This document shows positions 17,559 through 28,153 of a stretch of DNA of 64,000 nt, one piece after another. The position numbers and the translations under genes were made by a program. The notes under the pieces are model-generated. The model was not told the origin of the DNA. It saw nothing but the letters and a program-made list of their open reading frames with translations, and searched no databases. Location of the stretch: the NCBI GenBank assembly GCA_965230295.1, contig OZ246001.1, positions 512,001 through 576,000 of the forward strand, read 5' to 3'. The stretch is from Marinicella sp. GTDB lineage: Bacteria; Pseudomonadota; Gammaproteobacteria; Xanthomonadales; Marinicellaceae. The first letter of the stretch is position 1; every line of letters begins with the position of its first letter.

Positions 17559-19049
17559 TCACTGTTTGTTTTCAAATGAAGAATTAAACAAAATATCAGG
17601 CAAGTTGGTGACTGTACCTATACCAATCACATCTGAGGCCGGTAATTTACTGGCAGCAAGTACTGATTCGGGTAATTCAATCAACGTGAGGGTACCACCA
17701 GAAATTTCATTGGTCACTGCATTCAGAGTGGCTTCCTCCAGTTCAACTTCAGCACCCAGAACAACGGTATTAAAAAAGTCCACCGCGGTGATTACTTGTC
17801 CGTTTAAACCAACAAACTGAGTTCCAGTGGTGTCTACCGAAACACCAAAAATTTCAATGATCGACGATCCAATCTGGGTTACAAACCCAGTCAAACTGAC
17901 GTCATCGAAGTCCACATTGCCACTTTGATTCAAGCGGGTGATGTACAACTCACCAGACCCGTAATCATAACCCCTGAATCTGATTTGTGTGGTTTGGCTG
18001 ATGCCCATTCCCAAGATGTCATCAGGGTCTGTTGTTTGCGGTGTGGTTGTTAAAGTCACCCCAGCTACATTGAACTGGTTGCCTACCAAATCAGCAGGTT
18101 CTACCGGTAAAGTCAGGTTCATCCTGGGTTCTATAAACCTGATCTTGTCCGCAGTGATGTCTCCTGTTACCAAGTCAGCCAAACCTTCTACTTCAACTTT
18201 GACGCCTGTTTGGATGTCATCTGCTCGCCCTCTGATGTATTTAGTTGTTTGGGTCACATGAACATCCTGTCCAGCCAATATAAAATCCCCACCTGATAAC
18301 AATGCATCAATAAACCCGTCACTGATGACAGTGTCATCGGCCGCCTGTGGAACCACTGCATCATCAATACATCTGATGACAGTGACTGAATTGACCGGGT
18401 CTCCCAATCCAAAACCTGGAACTGTTGAAGCCATGACTTCAACCAGACTCCCATTAACCAGAGGTCCGTTGCAATCTTCGAAAGCAGGTGCTGAATAAAT
18501 GATCAATTGGTTATTGATGCTGAATTGGTTACCTGTAAACGAATCTACATATCCAGTCAGTTTCCACTCGGATAATTGATCCACTTTCTCCACCCGAGTC
18601 ATCAAAACATTAGAAAAAGAGTCGACAAAACCACTGACCATGACCTCATCACCCAGCTCAATATCATCTGTTGTAAGACCATCCGTAAAAAAAGTCCTGC
18701 CGGTGGTTAATGAATCGACATTGAACACTTTCAAAGGGTTGGTTGAAACCACAGGTCCTTTATAAACATTGATCAAATTAATTTCTTCCAAAGTGCCTTG
18801 TGTGACATTGGGGTCGACATCGAATGCCTTGTACCTGATCTTAAATCCGGTGCCGCCTTGTGCCCTTGTATCAGGAACCACTACTCCATCCTCTTTGTAA
18901 ACGGTGTCTTCATCTGCTTCAAAAATACGGATGTTGTTTATTTTAAAACCAGTGCCCCCTTGCGCCCTGATTTCATCAGTTATGGTCTCACCTGCAGATG
19001 CAGTGGCGAAACAAAAAAATAGGAGTAAATTATAAATAGTTTTTTTCAT
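17559..19049 (-). CDS. Exported DUF5666-repeat protein with C-terminal DILFNSSFE tail
   Basis: Signal peptide from ATG 19049; repeated OB-like units (GDEVMVSG, GSLVEV, GVKVEVEG, GAEVELE); duplicated RAQGGTGFKI. Confidence 0.75.
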   Translation of the reverse strand: MKKTIYNLLLFFCFATASAGETITDEIRAQGGTGFKINNIRIFEADEDTVYKEDGVVVPDTRAQGGTGFKIRYKAFDVDPNVTQGTLEEINLINVYKGPVVSTNPLKVFNVDSLTTGRTFFTDGLTTDDIELGDEVMVSGFVDSFSNVLMTRVEKVDQLSEWKLTGYVDSFTGNQFSINNQLIIYSAPAFEDCNGPLVNGSLVEVMASTVPGFGLGDPVNSVTVIRCIDDAVVPQAADDTVISDGFIDALLSGGDFILAGQDVHVTQTTKYIRGRADDIQTGVKVEVEGLADLVTGDITADKIRFIEPRMNLTLPVEPADLVGNQFNVAGVTLTTTPQTTDPDDILGMGISQTTQIRFRGYDYGSGELYITRLNQSGNVDFDDVSLTGFVTQIGSSIIEIFGVSVDTTGTQFVGLNGQVITAVDFFNTVVLGAEVELEEATLNAVTNEISGGTLTLIELPESVLAASKLPASDVIGIGTVTNLPDILFNSSFENKQ

Positions 19050-19056
19050 GATTTGC

Positions 19057-19890
19057 TTAATCCGATTTATCTTCGTCAGATTTGTAAAAATAGATACCAA
19101 CACCGATATAAGGCAGCATTTCAGGTTCTTCTTCAAGGTCTGAGTGTTGGATTAGATGTTCAATGTATTCATCCACATCGTTGGCCAATTCTTGACTTTT
19201 TTTCCTGGCATAGGATTCAGCTATGTTGGCCAATGATTTGGGCAACTTATCGTGCAATACAATGCGCTGAAACCTGGGCCCAGTTCTTTCATGATCAATG
19301 TTGTGATCAATGGTTTCTAACAGATACTGGGTAGACAAGCCCAAAAAGTCAATGTTCTGAATGTCATCAGGATCATTCTCAGTCAAGTAAAAGGGCTTGA
19401 TCAATTCAACATAGCCCATGTCGTCAACCTCAACAGATTTTGATCGCAACAACTCATCTAAGATGGATCTGAATGTAGCACCTCCAGAGTACCGATCAAC
19501 CAATGCTTTAAAATCTGGTTCACTTGATGACTCTATAGGAATGATCTTTGGTTGCCCGCGGTGGTTGATGTATTCTTTGTCTTCAATCCAGCCAGTCAGA
19601 ACTCTACCAGCTCTGTGCCATTTCCTGTGACTGGTGTTGTCTTTGAATAAATCTAACTTAAGTTGAATGTCTACCTGAGTTCTGGATAACCCGGTGATCA
19701 CTGCAATCCTGGATTTGGTTGGTGGTTTACCATTTAAGCCAAAATGTTTTTTCGACACATCAACATAAGTCCACTTCAAAACATCACTGACTTCGTGAAA
19801 TGGCACATTGAATCGCAACAACATCCGCACCAATGGTCTGAATATTTGGATCAACATTTGCCTGATGACTTCAACCAGTTTTTGACTCAT
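19057..19890 (-). CDS. DUF6502 family protein (N-terminal HTH-like region)
   Basis: RPLVRMLLR, SRIAVITGLSR, RVLTGW, FKALVDRYS, TIDHN, FQR; usual partner upstream of DUF5666 genes. Confidence 0.8.
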   Translation of the reverse strand: MSQKLVEVIRQMLIQIFRPLVRMLLRFNVPFHEVSDVLKWTYVDVSKKHFGLNGKPPTKSRIAVITGLSRTQVDIQLKLDLFKDNTSHRKWHRAGRVLTGWIEDKEYINHRGQPKIIPIESSSEPDFKALVDRYSGGATFRSILDELLRSKSVEVDDMGYVELIKPFYLTENDPDDIQNIDFLGLSTQYLLETIDHNIDHERTGPRFQRIVLHDKLPKSLANIAESYARKKSQELANDVDEYIEHLIQHSDLEEEPEMLPYIGVGIYFYKSDEDKSD

Positions 19891-19996
19891 AGATTTAACA
19901 CAACAACTGAATTAGGGTAAGTATCCTACAAAATTGAAACAACAGTTGCAAATAATACTTCAAGAGAACAAAAGTTGTAAATTTTTCATACCAATA

Positions 19997-20020
19997 AAAA
20001 ACCCTGCCAAAGCAGGGTTC
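19997..20020 (-). terminator. Intrinsic terminator of the S8 protease gene
   Basis: AAAAA-CCCTGC-caaa-GCAGGG; U-tract on the minus strand. Confidence 0.7.
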
Positions 20021-20047
20021 CTTATTGACCAATTAAATCAATTCCCC

Positions 20048-21817
20048 TTATAGATTGATTTCATTGGAGCATGCTGATGTAGAACCTTCTTCACAAACCA
20101 TGAAGGCATAAGAGGTATTCTTATTCACAGAATATGAAGTCGATCCATCATTGGCAGTTGTGTTATTAAAACTACCATTGATGTAAACATCAACATTACT
20201 TGTGGCACCACCCGTCCAAGATAAATTGGCTTGGCGGTTACCCTTGCTGCGATTACCTGACAAAGCCAGGTCTTCACTGCCAGGAGGTTCGGTGCTTCCC
20301 CCGTCACATCCATTGGCAGCTAAATAATCGCTGGCATCTTTTGCTTTGACAATACCGTAACCAAAATATACGTCTTTGCCAGAAGCGCCTGCATCTTCAG
20401 CACTGGCTTTCAATGCATCTCTGATTTCCTGACCAGTACAATCCGGATGGTTTGACCAAACCAAAGCTGCCACGCCTGCAACAGCAGGAGTTGCCATTGA
20501 GGTTCCACTCATGAAACCATAGTCACCAGACCCCACTGAAACGGTTGCATTCGCAGTACCCAATAAAAAGGCGCGATCTTCTTGTGCCGCACCCACAGCT
20601 GGTATTGATGTGTTGTTTGGATCACCCAAGGTTCCATACAACATACCTGGTTCATTATTGATAATGATCGCCCCTGCACCGCCAGAATTTTCACAATTTT
20701 CAACTTTGTCATGGAAAGAAATGTTACCGCGATCGATCAAACAAATTTTACCATTGGCACCATTGTCAGTAGATTCTGCCGTGCCCATATAATAAGTTGA
20801 AGCACTGGCAGATCCGACATTTTCCATGGCTGAGGAAGCTATACCAACCCCATCTGCTGTGGCTGATGCCACCGTGGCCAACCCAGCTGGATAGGTTGAT
20901 AACGTATCCACACCACCAGCAGTCACTTCCACACAAATGGTTTCATCATTTTTACGATTCTTTCCACGACCAGTTTCACAACTTGGAAATTGAGAAAAGT
21001 CGGCAATGTTGTTATCGGCATCATTGGCACCAATCATCATGACCGATGAGTAACCAGCAGGATATGATCGAACTGAATTTCCATCGTTGCCTGCCGCAGC
21101 CAATACCAAACCACCATTGGCAATAAAGGTATCGAATGCATTTTCTTCTGTTGAGTTGGCGCCACCACCACCTAAGCTCATGGTGATGATATTGGCGCCA
21201 GCTGCGGTACATTTTTCAGCTGCATGGGCCAAATCTGATGAATAACCCCAACCAGAAGCATTGAAGACTTTGATGATGTGCATGGGAACACCTGGTGCCA
21301 TACCAACCACACCCACATTGTTATCTGCAGCACCAACCGTTCCTGCCACATGGGTGCCATGTGGACCACCATGCTCATACCAATTGCCTGTTCCCGAGTC
21401 ATTGTCCCCAGTAATGGCTGGCCAATTAAAGTCATTGTTACTGGCATCCAAGCCAGAATCAATGACACACACTTTTTGTCCATTTTGTAAAGTCAGTTGA
21501 TCTGCTTGAGATTGGTATACTGCATAGGGTGTCAATTGTTGCAAACTGGGGTCACCCGCATCATCGTTGTAGATCGCAAACGGATACCTTTTGGCATCCA
21601 CCTCCATATGTTTAAAACCATTTTTGCCCCGCATGTTGCTTTTACCGTTTTCATCCAACTCAACAGCAAACCAGCCATTTCCTTCGACCAAAACATGATG
21701 ACCATTTTTCAGGCCATTGCCATTATTTTCATAAGATACAATCATGCGCTCAGCTTGAGCAAAAGTTCCCAGTGCCAACATGGTTGCCACACAGGTCTTC
21801 TTCATATTTAATTTCAT
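20048..21817 (-). CDS. Secreted S8 (subtilisin-like) serine protease with PA domain
   Basis: Catalytic motifs [20 protein letters not shown]; PA insert (ICLIDRGNISF); signal peptide. Confidence 0.93.
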   Translation of the reverse strand: MKLNMKKTCVATMLALGTFAQAERMIVSYENNGNGLKNGHHVLVEGNGWFAVELDENGKSNMRGKNGFKHMEVDAKRYPFAIYNDDAGDPSLQQLTPYAVYQSQADQLTLQNGQKVCVIDSGLDASNNDFNWPAITGDNDSGTGNWYEHGGPHGTHVAGTVGAADNNVGVVGMAPGVPMHIIKVFNASGWGYSSDLAHAAEKCTAAGANIITMSLGGGGANSTEENAFDTFIANGGLVLAAAGNDGNSVRSYPAGYSSVMMIGANDADNNIADFSQFPSCETGRGKNRKNDETICVEVTAGGVDTLSTYPAGLATVASATADGVGIASSAMENVGSASASTYYMGTAESTDNGANGKICLIDRGNISFHDKVENCENSGGAGAIIINNEPGMLYGTLGDPNNTSIPAVGAAQEDRAFLLGTANATVSVGSGDYGFMSGTSMATPAVAGVAALVWSNHPDCTGQEIRDALKASAEDAGASGKDVYFGYGIVKAKDASDYLAANGCDGGSTEPPGSEDLALSGNRSKGNRQANLSWTGGATSNVDVYINGSFNNTTANDGSTSYSVNKNTSYAFMVCEEGSTSACSNEINL

Positions 21818-22184
21818 TAAATTTCCTCTCTCTATTTTTAGTTTGATCACTTTTAAAACACTGCTGTTATTGTTCTTAGTTTCAAAAGATCATTGAATGC
21901 CATTTAAGGCTGGTCCGAATTAAAGCAATATATTTTATAAATTACAAGTTGTAATTATATTTTTTGAAATATTTTTTACATTTTTAATCATTTATTGACA
22001 TATAAGAAATAAATATTAATTTTTTTATTTCCAATCCAATGCCTATTGATTTACTGAATCTGCTTATTTCTACATGTCAGGTGCCCACATTATTTCTACC
22101 AATTTAAATCATGTTAATTACATCAATCGCCTTCCTTTATAAATGGGGGTCTTTTACAATATCGTTTTCGAGAACTGATGACCC

Positions 22185-22802
22185 ATGCCCGCAATTAAAG
22201 ATCGATTCAGAGGATTTTTGCCCGTCGTTGTAGATGTTGAAACCGGTGGTTTTAATAACCAAACAGATGCCTTGTTAGAGATTGCTGCGGTGATTATCGA
22301 AATGGAGGACGACGGCACTTTGATCCCAGGAGAAACCATCAATGCATACGTCACTCCGTTCGAAGGTTCCAACATCGACCCCAAAGCACTGGAAGTCACC
22401 GGCATAGACCTCAACCACCCTCTGCGTGTATCTATGGAGGAAAATGCGGCCTTGGGTAAGATTTTCACACCGATCAGAAAACACATCAAAGCCACAGGCT
22501 GCACCCGTGCCATATTGGTAGGCCACAACGCACATTTCGATTTAGGTTTTGTTCACGCAGCCGCAGAACGGGCAGGCATCAAGCGCAATCCATTTCATCC
22601 ATTCAGTTGTTTTGATACCGCCACATTATCGGCCTTGGCCTATGGTCAAACCGTTTTAGCCCGTGCCATCAAAGCCGCCGAGATCGCCTGGGAATCTGAC
22701 CAGGCCCACTCTGCCTTGTACGACACCGAGAAAACTGCAGAGTTGTTTTGTGCGATTTTCAACCAAGCCAACAACACTGGGATGTATACGCCTAAGGTTT
22801 AA
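22185..22802 (+). CDS. rnt: Ribonuclease T
   Basis: [49 protein letters not shown]. Confidence 0.97.
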   Translation: MPAIKDRFRGFLPVVVDVETGGFNNQTDALLEIAAVIIEMEDDGTLIPGETINAYVTPFEGSNIDPKALEVTGIDLNHPLRVSMEENAALGKIFTPIRKHIKATGCTRAILVGHNAHFDLGFVHAAAERAGIKRNPFHPFSCFDTATLSALAYGQTVLARAIKAAEIAWESDQAHSALYDTEKTAELFCAIFNQANNTGMYTPKV

Positions 22803-22807
22803 ACTTT

Positions 22808-23000
22808 TCGCTGGCTGAGCGGTATGGACAGATCGCTGGCTGAGCGGAGTCGAAGCCTTGGCTAATTATACTTTTGTTGTTGGTTCACTTCGACTTCGCT
22901 CAGTGAACGGTTTGAACCCATCGCTGGCTGAGCGTAGTCGAAGCCTAGAGTATTTATACCCTTGTTGTTGCAAGTTCACTTCGACTTCGCTCAGTGAACG
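22808..23000. repeat. REP/REPIN-like cluster: two tandem inverted doublets plus one truncated unit
   Basis: TCGCTGGCTGAGCG(G/T)AGTCGAAGCC at 22833-22857 and 22921-22945 (partial at 22808-22822), each followed by the inverted TTCACTTCGACTTCGCTCAGTGAACG at 22884-22909 and 22975-23000. Confidence 0.9.
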
Positions 23001-23062
23001 CATATTTTAATTACAGAAAGAGAAGTTCGACTGGCCCAATGTTCTAGAAAGATCTTTAATCG

Positions 23063-23455
23063 TCAACCCAACACATAATCAAAATCATAGTAATGCTGGC
23101 CATCTTCGATGCGGATGTCCATTGACCCCGAGAGGCCGATCAGCTCTCCCGTTCCGGAGTCGGGTACCACAGTCAAAGTGAGGTGGTTCTCACCTTGATG
23201 CATCAGACCATAATGCTGCAGGACAAAACTACCTGACTTGCCTGACAAACTGCCGATTACTTGTTCGATCGCAACATAGCCAGCTGATCCCGGCTTGCTT
23301 GTAACAGCACTGAGCATTTCTCCCATGCTGTGCGCATTGAGTTCACCTTCAAAAGTTTTGTCTAATGATATGCGAGCCAATTGCATGCCTTCCTCAGCCT
23401 GTATGGACAATGCCTCTGGTTGCATTTTCACACTAAATGTACCGGTTATTTTCAT
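23063..23455 (-). CDS. DUF3224 family protein
   Basis: KTFEGEL, SAGYVAIE, GSFVLQH, VVPDSGTGELIGLSG. Confidence 0.88.
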   Translation of the reverse strand: MKITGTFSVKMQPEALSIQAEEGMQLARISLDKTFEGELNAHSMGEMLSAVTSKPGSAGYVAIEQVIGSLSGKSGSFVLQHYGLMHQGENHLTLTVVPDSGTGELIGLSGSMDIRIEDGQHYYDFDYVLG

Positions 23456-23479
23456 GCCTTTGCTCCTTAATTAATTTGC

Positions 23480-25129
23480 TTATATGACTTGTACCTGTTC
23501 TTCAGATGCCTCCATCAATTGTTCTGCCTGTTTTTGATACTGCTTTTCTATGACGGTACGTTTCATTTTTAAGGTGGGTGTTAACAAGCCATTGTCTGGC
23601 CCCCAAGGCAGGTTCGAAACAAACACATGACTGATACGCTCATGCGGTTCCAACTCAGTATTCAATTGATCCATCGCTTGTTGACTGTTCGTCATCAGAT
23701 CACTGGGGTCTTCTGCATGGGATGTTTCATGAGTGGACACCACTACGAAAGGCTGACTGAATCCATTGCCCATTAATATCACGTGATCAACAGCCAACAG
23801 AGACTGCAGTTTCTCCTCAATTGGTGACGGTGCAATGTACTTGCCTTTACTGGTTTTGAAAATGTCTTTAACCCGACCCGTGATGTATAGATAACCTTGC
23901 TCATCCACCTCTCCCAAGTCACCGGTGTGAAGCCAACCATCTTCATCAATGGTTTGAGCAGTTAAGTCTGGCTGTTTGTAATACCCATCCATCATCGCTG
24001 GATTGCGCAACAAAACCTCTCCTGAACCTGTCAACTTACATTCACAACCGGCAATGATTTGTCCCACACTACCCGTACATGTTTGCGATTGTTTAACCAT
24101 GTGTGACAGCCCACAGGTTTCAGACATGCCATAAGCTTCATTCAGTTTCAAACCTAAATGACCAAACCAATCTAACACGTCTTTATTCACTGCGGCGGCG
24201 GCACACAGGGCAAACCTGACATTTTGGAAACCCAATTTTTTCACCAGGGCCTGCTTCAACCATGATCCCAGCAAGGGTAAGCGCAACAAAGTGTTCAGTA
24301 CTTTGGCACCGCCCAACTTGCCTTCTATTCCCAGTTTTATTTTGGTCCATATTCTGGGCACACCAAAGAAGATACTGGGTTGTGCCGCAGCAACATCCGT
24401 CGTGAAAGAATCCAGTGATCTGATGAATGATACATGCGCGCCGTTATACAAGGCACCAAACTCCACAGCCATGCGTTCAGCCACATGCGCTAAAGGCAAG
24501 TATGAAATAAATCGATCCTGTTCGTTGATCACTATGATGCTTTTGATTAAATTCATGGCTGCATGGACGGCTCGATAAGACACCATCACCCCTTTTGGGT
24601 CACCGGTGGTCCCGGAAGTGTAAACAATGCTGACCAAATCATCAGATTGGTTGGTCACCGGTTCATTTAATGACCCATTATCTGCCACCAACTTTTCCCA
24701 AAAAGGCATGTCCGGATAAGCTTGATATATGGCTATGACATCAATATGCTCTGGAACTAAGTTTGGTGCCTGCACAGGATCAAACATCTTGCCCAAAAAC
24801 ACAGCTTTCACACTGGCATGCTCAAGAATTTTCCCTATGGTATCAGCTGAAGCCGTTGGGTATATCGGGATTGAAATATGACCGGCCATTTGAATGGCCA
24901 AATCAGCCATGATCCAATGGGCACAATTCAACGATATGATGCCGATGTGACTGCCTGACGGGTATTGTTGAAGGTGCTGAGCCATGGCTGACACTTCAGT
25001 TTTCACCTGACTCCAACTGTACTCTATCACCCGATCAACAATCGGCTGGGTTAAATAAACCACATCAGGCTTGACTTCTGCCCAATGACATAATCGATCA
25101 ACTGGAGATTGAAATTGAGTGCTGTGCAT
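23480..25129 (-). CDS. Long-chain acyl-CoA synthetase (AMP-binding family)
   Basis: YTSGTTGDPKG, SYLPLAHVAER, EAYGMSE, WLHTGDLG, GLLTPTLKMKR. Confidence 0.9.
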   Translation of the reverse strand: MHSTQFQSPVDRLCHWAEVKPDVVYLTQPIVDRVIEYSWSQVKTEVSAMAQHLQQYPSGSHIGIISLNCAHWIMADLAIQMAGHISIPIYPTASADTIGKILEHASVKAVFLGKMFDPVQAPNLVPEHIDVIAIYQAYPDMPFWEKLVADNGSLNEPVTNQSDDLVSIVYTSGTTGDPKGVMVSYRAVHAAMNLIKSIIVINEQDRFISYLPLAHVAERMAVEFGALYNGAHVSFIRSLDSFTTDVAAAQPSIFFGVPRIWTKIKLGIEGKLGGAKVLNTLLRLPLLGSWLKQALVKKLGFQNVRFALCAAAAVNKDVLDWFGHLGLKLNEAYGMSETCGLSHMVKQSQTCTGSVGQIIAGCECKLTGSGEVLLRNPAMMDGYYKQPDLTAQTIDEDGWLHTGDLGEVDEQGYLYITGRVKDIFKTSKGKYIAPSPIEEKLQSLLAVDHVILMGNGFSQPFVVVSTHETSHAEDPSDLMTNSQQAMDQLNTELEPHERISHVFVSNLPWGPDNGLLTPTLKMKRTVIEKQYQKQAEQLMEASEEQVQVI

Positions 25130-25156
25130 CCAGAAATGATACCACAGATGATTGGC

Positions 25157-26389
25157 TCAATTGTTGGCAACCAAAGATTGACCAGCAGCAAAGCCCGATG
25201 CCCAAGCCCACTGAAAATTAAAACCACCCAAGTGGCCGGTCACATCAACCACTTCACCAATAAAATAGACATTGGGATATTGAAGGCTGGCCATGGTTTT
25301 TGATGACAAACCGGTGGTATCAACACCACCCAAAGTCACTTCGGCAGTCCGGTAACCTTCGGTTCCTGAGGGTTTTAATGGCCAATTATTTAACCATTCA
25401 GACACTTGATGAAGCCGCTCTTTGTTGATGTTTTGTAAGGGCTGATCATGCCAGCCAGGAAACTGATGGGCCAACAACTCATGTGCCACTTTCTTCGGCA
25501 TGTGCTCGGACAGCCATTGATTCAACAAACCATGAGGTGAATTGCTTTTGGCTTCACTCAAAACATCAAAAACATCCATGTCTGGCAATAAATCAACCAC
25601 AATGGACTGCCCATTGTACCAATAGCTAGAAATTTGCAACATGGCTGGCCCACTTAAGCCACGATGGGTAAACAACATGTGATGCTTGAAACTTGGTGCC
25701 GACTTGTTCTCAGGTACAGACACCTCAGCAAGAATCGAGGCTCCAGACAAACGGGCAAACAATTCTTTGTGCTGATCAGTGAACACAAATGGTACCAGCG
25801 CGGCCTGTTTTGGCAGGACGGCATGCCCCAACTTTTCAGCCAATTGGTAGCCATAATCTGACCCACCCATTTTAGGGATGGACAATCCCCCGGTGGCCAC
25901 CACCAACTGTCCAGCGGTGAAACTCCCTGATTGGGTTTTGACACGAACCTGATCACCCACCTGTATGTCATTCAAAACAACTTGTAAACGCATTTCCACT
26001 TGAGCATCAGCACATTCATCAAGCAGCATATTCAAAATGTCTTTTGAACTGCGATCACAAAACAATTGGCCCAACTCTTTTTCGTGGTAAGGAATTTGGT
26101 GTTTTTCAACCATTTCTATGAAATGCCAGGGGGTATAGCGACTTAACGCTGATTTGCAATAGTGTGGATTATTTGAGAGGAAATTTTCTGGCGCTGTAAA
26201 CAAGTTGGTGAAGTTACACCTGCCACCGCCAGACATCAAGATCTTTTTACCAGGTTTGTTGGACTTTTCAAGCAACAACACATTGAGTCCGGCTTGCCCG
26301 GCCGTTAAGGCACACATCAAGCCAGCCGCACCAGCACCCAACACAATCACATCATAGTGGCTCATCTGGTTCATACTCAATGATGGCAT
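25157..26389 (-). CDS. NAD(P)/FAD-dependent oxidoreductase, HI0933/YhiN/BaiN family
   Basis: GAGAAG, KILMSGGGRCNFTN, LFTHRGLSGP, AEVTLGGV, GGFNFQWAWASG. Confidence 0.93.
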   Translation of the reverse strand: MPSLSMNQMSHYDVIVLGAGAAGLMCALTAGQAGLNVLLLEKSNKPGKKILMSGGGRCNFTNLFTAPENFLSNNPHYCKSALSRYTPWHFIEMVEKHQIPYHEKELGQLFCDRSSKDILNMLLDECADAQVEMRLQVVLNDIQVGDQVRVKTQSGSFTAGQLVVATGGLSIPKMGGSDYGYQLAEKLGHAVLPKQAALVPFVFTDQHKELFARLSGASILAEVSVPENKSAPSFKHHMLFTHRGLSGPAMLQISSYWYNGQSIVVDLLPDMDVFDVLSEAKSNSPHGLLNQWLSEHMPKKVAHELLAHQFPGWHDQPLQNINKERLHQVSEWLNNWPLKPSGTEGYRTAEVTLGGVDTTGLSSKTMASLQYPNVYFIGEVVDVTGHLGGFNFQWAWASGFAAGQSLVANN

Positions 26390-26848
26390 TCAGAACAAGT
26401 GCCACTCCCACACAGGGCCATCTTCAGGATGATCAACCACGTCGTGGTAGTTGAAACCTAACTTTTGTAACAGGAAATTAGAGGCATTGGTTTCTGGTAA
26501 AGTTTGAGCCACAATGGTCAACTCTTCATCGGTTTGAATGGTCAAATCAATCAAGGCTTGTGCCGTGGCTGTGGCATACCCCATATTTTCTAACTCTGGC
26601 AGGGTATAATATGCTATTTCAACCTGGCCATTAACTGGCACGGCTTTGAAGGCACCGCCTCCGACAACCTGCCCTTCTGATTCACTGACATAGCCAATCC
26701 ACGGCGGCTGATAGCCTGCAGCCGCATAGAAATCAGCCATCTGATCATTCAATTGTTGTGTCATTTCAGGCAAGGTCAATTCTTGCCCGGCACTTAAAGC
26801 TTGGACTGTACCTGATTCATTGATGGGCAACAGCTTCACTTCAGCCAT
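26390..26848 (-). CDS. GNAT N-acetyltransferase (RimJ/RimL-like)
   Basis: GQVEIAYYTLPELENMGYAT, NASNFLLQKLGF; likely start 26848. Confidence 0.85.
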   Translation of the reverse strand: MAEVKLLPINESGTVQALSAGQELTLPEMTQQLNDQMADFYAAAGYQPPWIGYVSESEGQVVGGGAFKAVPVNGQVEIAYYTLPELENMGYATATAQALIDLTIQTDEELTIVAQTLPETNASNFLLQKLGFNYHDVVDHPEDGPVWEWHLF

Positions 26849-27485
26849 CAATTTCTCCATGCTGGGCTTTTGGAGATGCGTTTTTGAAAGCCGGTATTTC
26901 CATACACCGGTCATTGATAGATTGTATCTTGGGGTATGCAGTCAAAGGAACATTGAACCGGTTGGCGTTGTAAACTTGTGCCACCAAACAAATATCAGAG
27001 ATGCAAGGATATTGGGCATTCATGAAATCCATTTCAGAATCAACCAACATGGTTTCTAATGCGGCAAAACCTTCGTGAATCCAATGGGCATACCACAAGT
27101 CAACTTGGGGTTGATCCCATGATTTTTTCAGCATTTGTAACACCCTTAAGTTATTCAAAGGATGAATGTCCGAAACGATCATTTGCGCCATGGCACGGGT
27201 TTTGGCTTGATCCAAGGCATCAGCAGGCAATATGGGATTCTCAGGATACATGGCTTCTAAATATTCCATGATCGCCATCGATTGATTCAACACTTCGCCG
27301 CCTTCTGTCACCAACGCTGGGACCAGCCCTTGTGGATTCAAAGCCTTGTATTCAGGCTGGTGTTGTTCGCCACCATCCTTAACCAGATGCACCGGTATGG
27401 ATTCATAGTCGAGTCCTTTTAGGTTCAATGCAATGCGAACACGATAAGCAGCTGTACTGCGCCAATAAGTATATAATTTCATCAT
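26841..27485 (-). CDS. maiA: Maleylacetoacetate isomerase (GST zeta)
   Basis: LYTYWRSTAAYRVRIALNLKG, LNPQGLVP, DIHPLNNLRV. Confidence 0.95.
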   Translation of the reverse strand: MMKLYTYWRSTAAYRVRIALNLKGLDYESIPVHLVKDGGEQHQPEYKALNPQGLVPALVTEGGEVLNQSMAIMEYLEAMYPENPILPADALDQAKTRAMAQMIVSDIHPLNNLRVLQMLKKSWDQPQVDLWYAHWIHEGFAALETMLVDSEMDFMNAQYPCISDICLVAQVYNANRFNVPLTAYPKIQSINDRCMEIPAFKNASPKAQHGEIDG

Positions 27486-28153
27486 TGTTTTTCTTCCATA
27501 TTTTCTTTATCACGGTAATAAGTACCAAACAACCAATCACCGATTGGATAGGTGATGTTGAAGTTATATTTGGACATGAGTTCTGGTTTGTGATGCTGCT
27601 GGTGTAAGGCCATGACTTTTTTTATTCCAGGAACTTTCATCACCCAGGAGTCTTTCTTACAATGGAAAGCAAAATGAAACAATTCGTAATTTAAAAAATA
27701 GGACACAGCCACAAACACGAATAACCACGCCACATTGTCGCTGAACAACAGCTGCATGACAAACCATACTGGCACCCCAAACACACCAAAGAAAAACACC
27801 ACCAACAGCAATGGAAATAAAGTCACTTTAAAATCCTGGTGGTGGTCAAATGGCATGTGGCTGTCGGTAAAAAATTGGTGGTGCTGTTTGCTGTGCCTGA
27901 GATAAATCGACTTCAGCCCTTTTCTTGGCACGTGCATAACATAGCGGTGTCCCAGGTACTCAGACAGATTGGCATACACAAAAGCCAGTGGCAAGGTCAG
28001 CCATTCCAGTGGCATCACATCATTCAATTGCCACAATGACCAAGTGATCAACGTTGCTGAAAGTAATACCGTAACACCCAAGTGCACATACCCGACATAC
28101 CAACCGGGTATGTGCTTTTGTCTGAACTCAGATCTGAACTCAGTGTTGTTCAT
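27482..28153 (-). CDS. Sterol desaturase / fatty acid hydroxylase family membrane protein
   Basis: His boxes HRYVMH, HSKQHH, HFAFH, HQQHH; TM segments; NFNIT...DWLFGT. Confidence 0.85.
   Translation of the reverse strand: MNNTEFRSEFRQKHIPGWYVGYVHLGVTVLLSATLITWSLWQLNDVMPLEWLTLPLAFVYANLSEYLGHRYVMHVPRKGLKSIYLRHSKQHHQFFTDSHMPFDHHQDFKVTLFPLLLVVFFFGVFGVPVWFVMQLLFSDNVAWLFVFVAVSYFLNYELFHFAFHCKKDSWVMKVPGIKKVMALHQQHHKPELMSKYNFNITYPIGDWLFGTYYRDKENMEEKQ

Noticed and set aside
22808-23000. Possible CRISPR array
   Set aside because: Repeats alternate in orientation, the spacers resemble each other, and there are no cas genes; it fits REP doublets.
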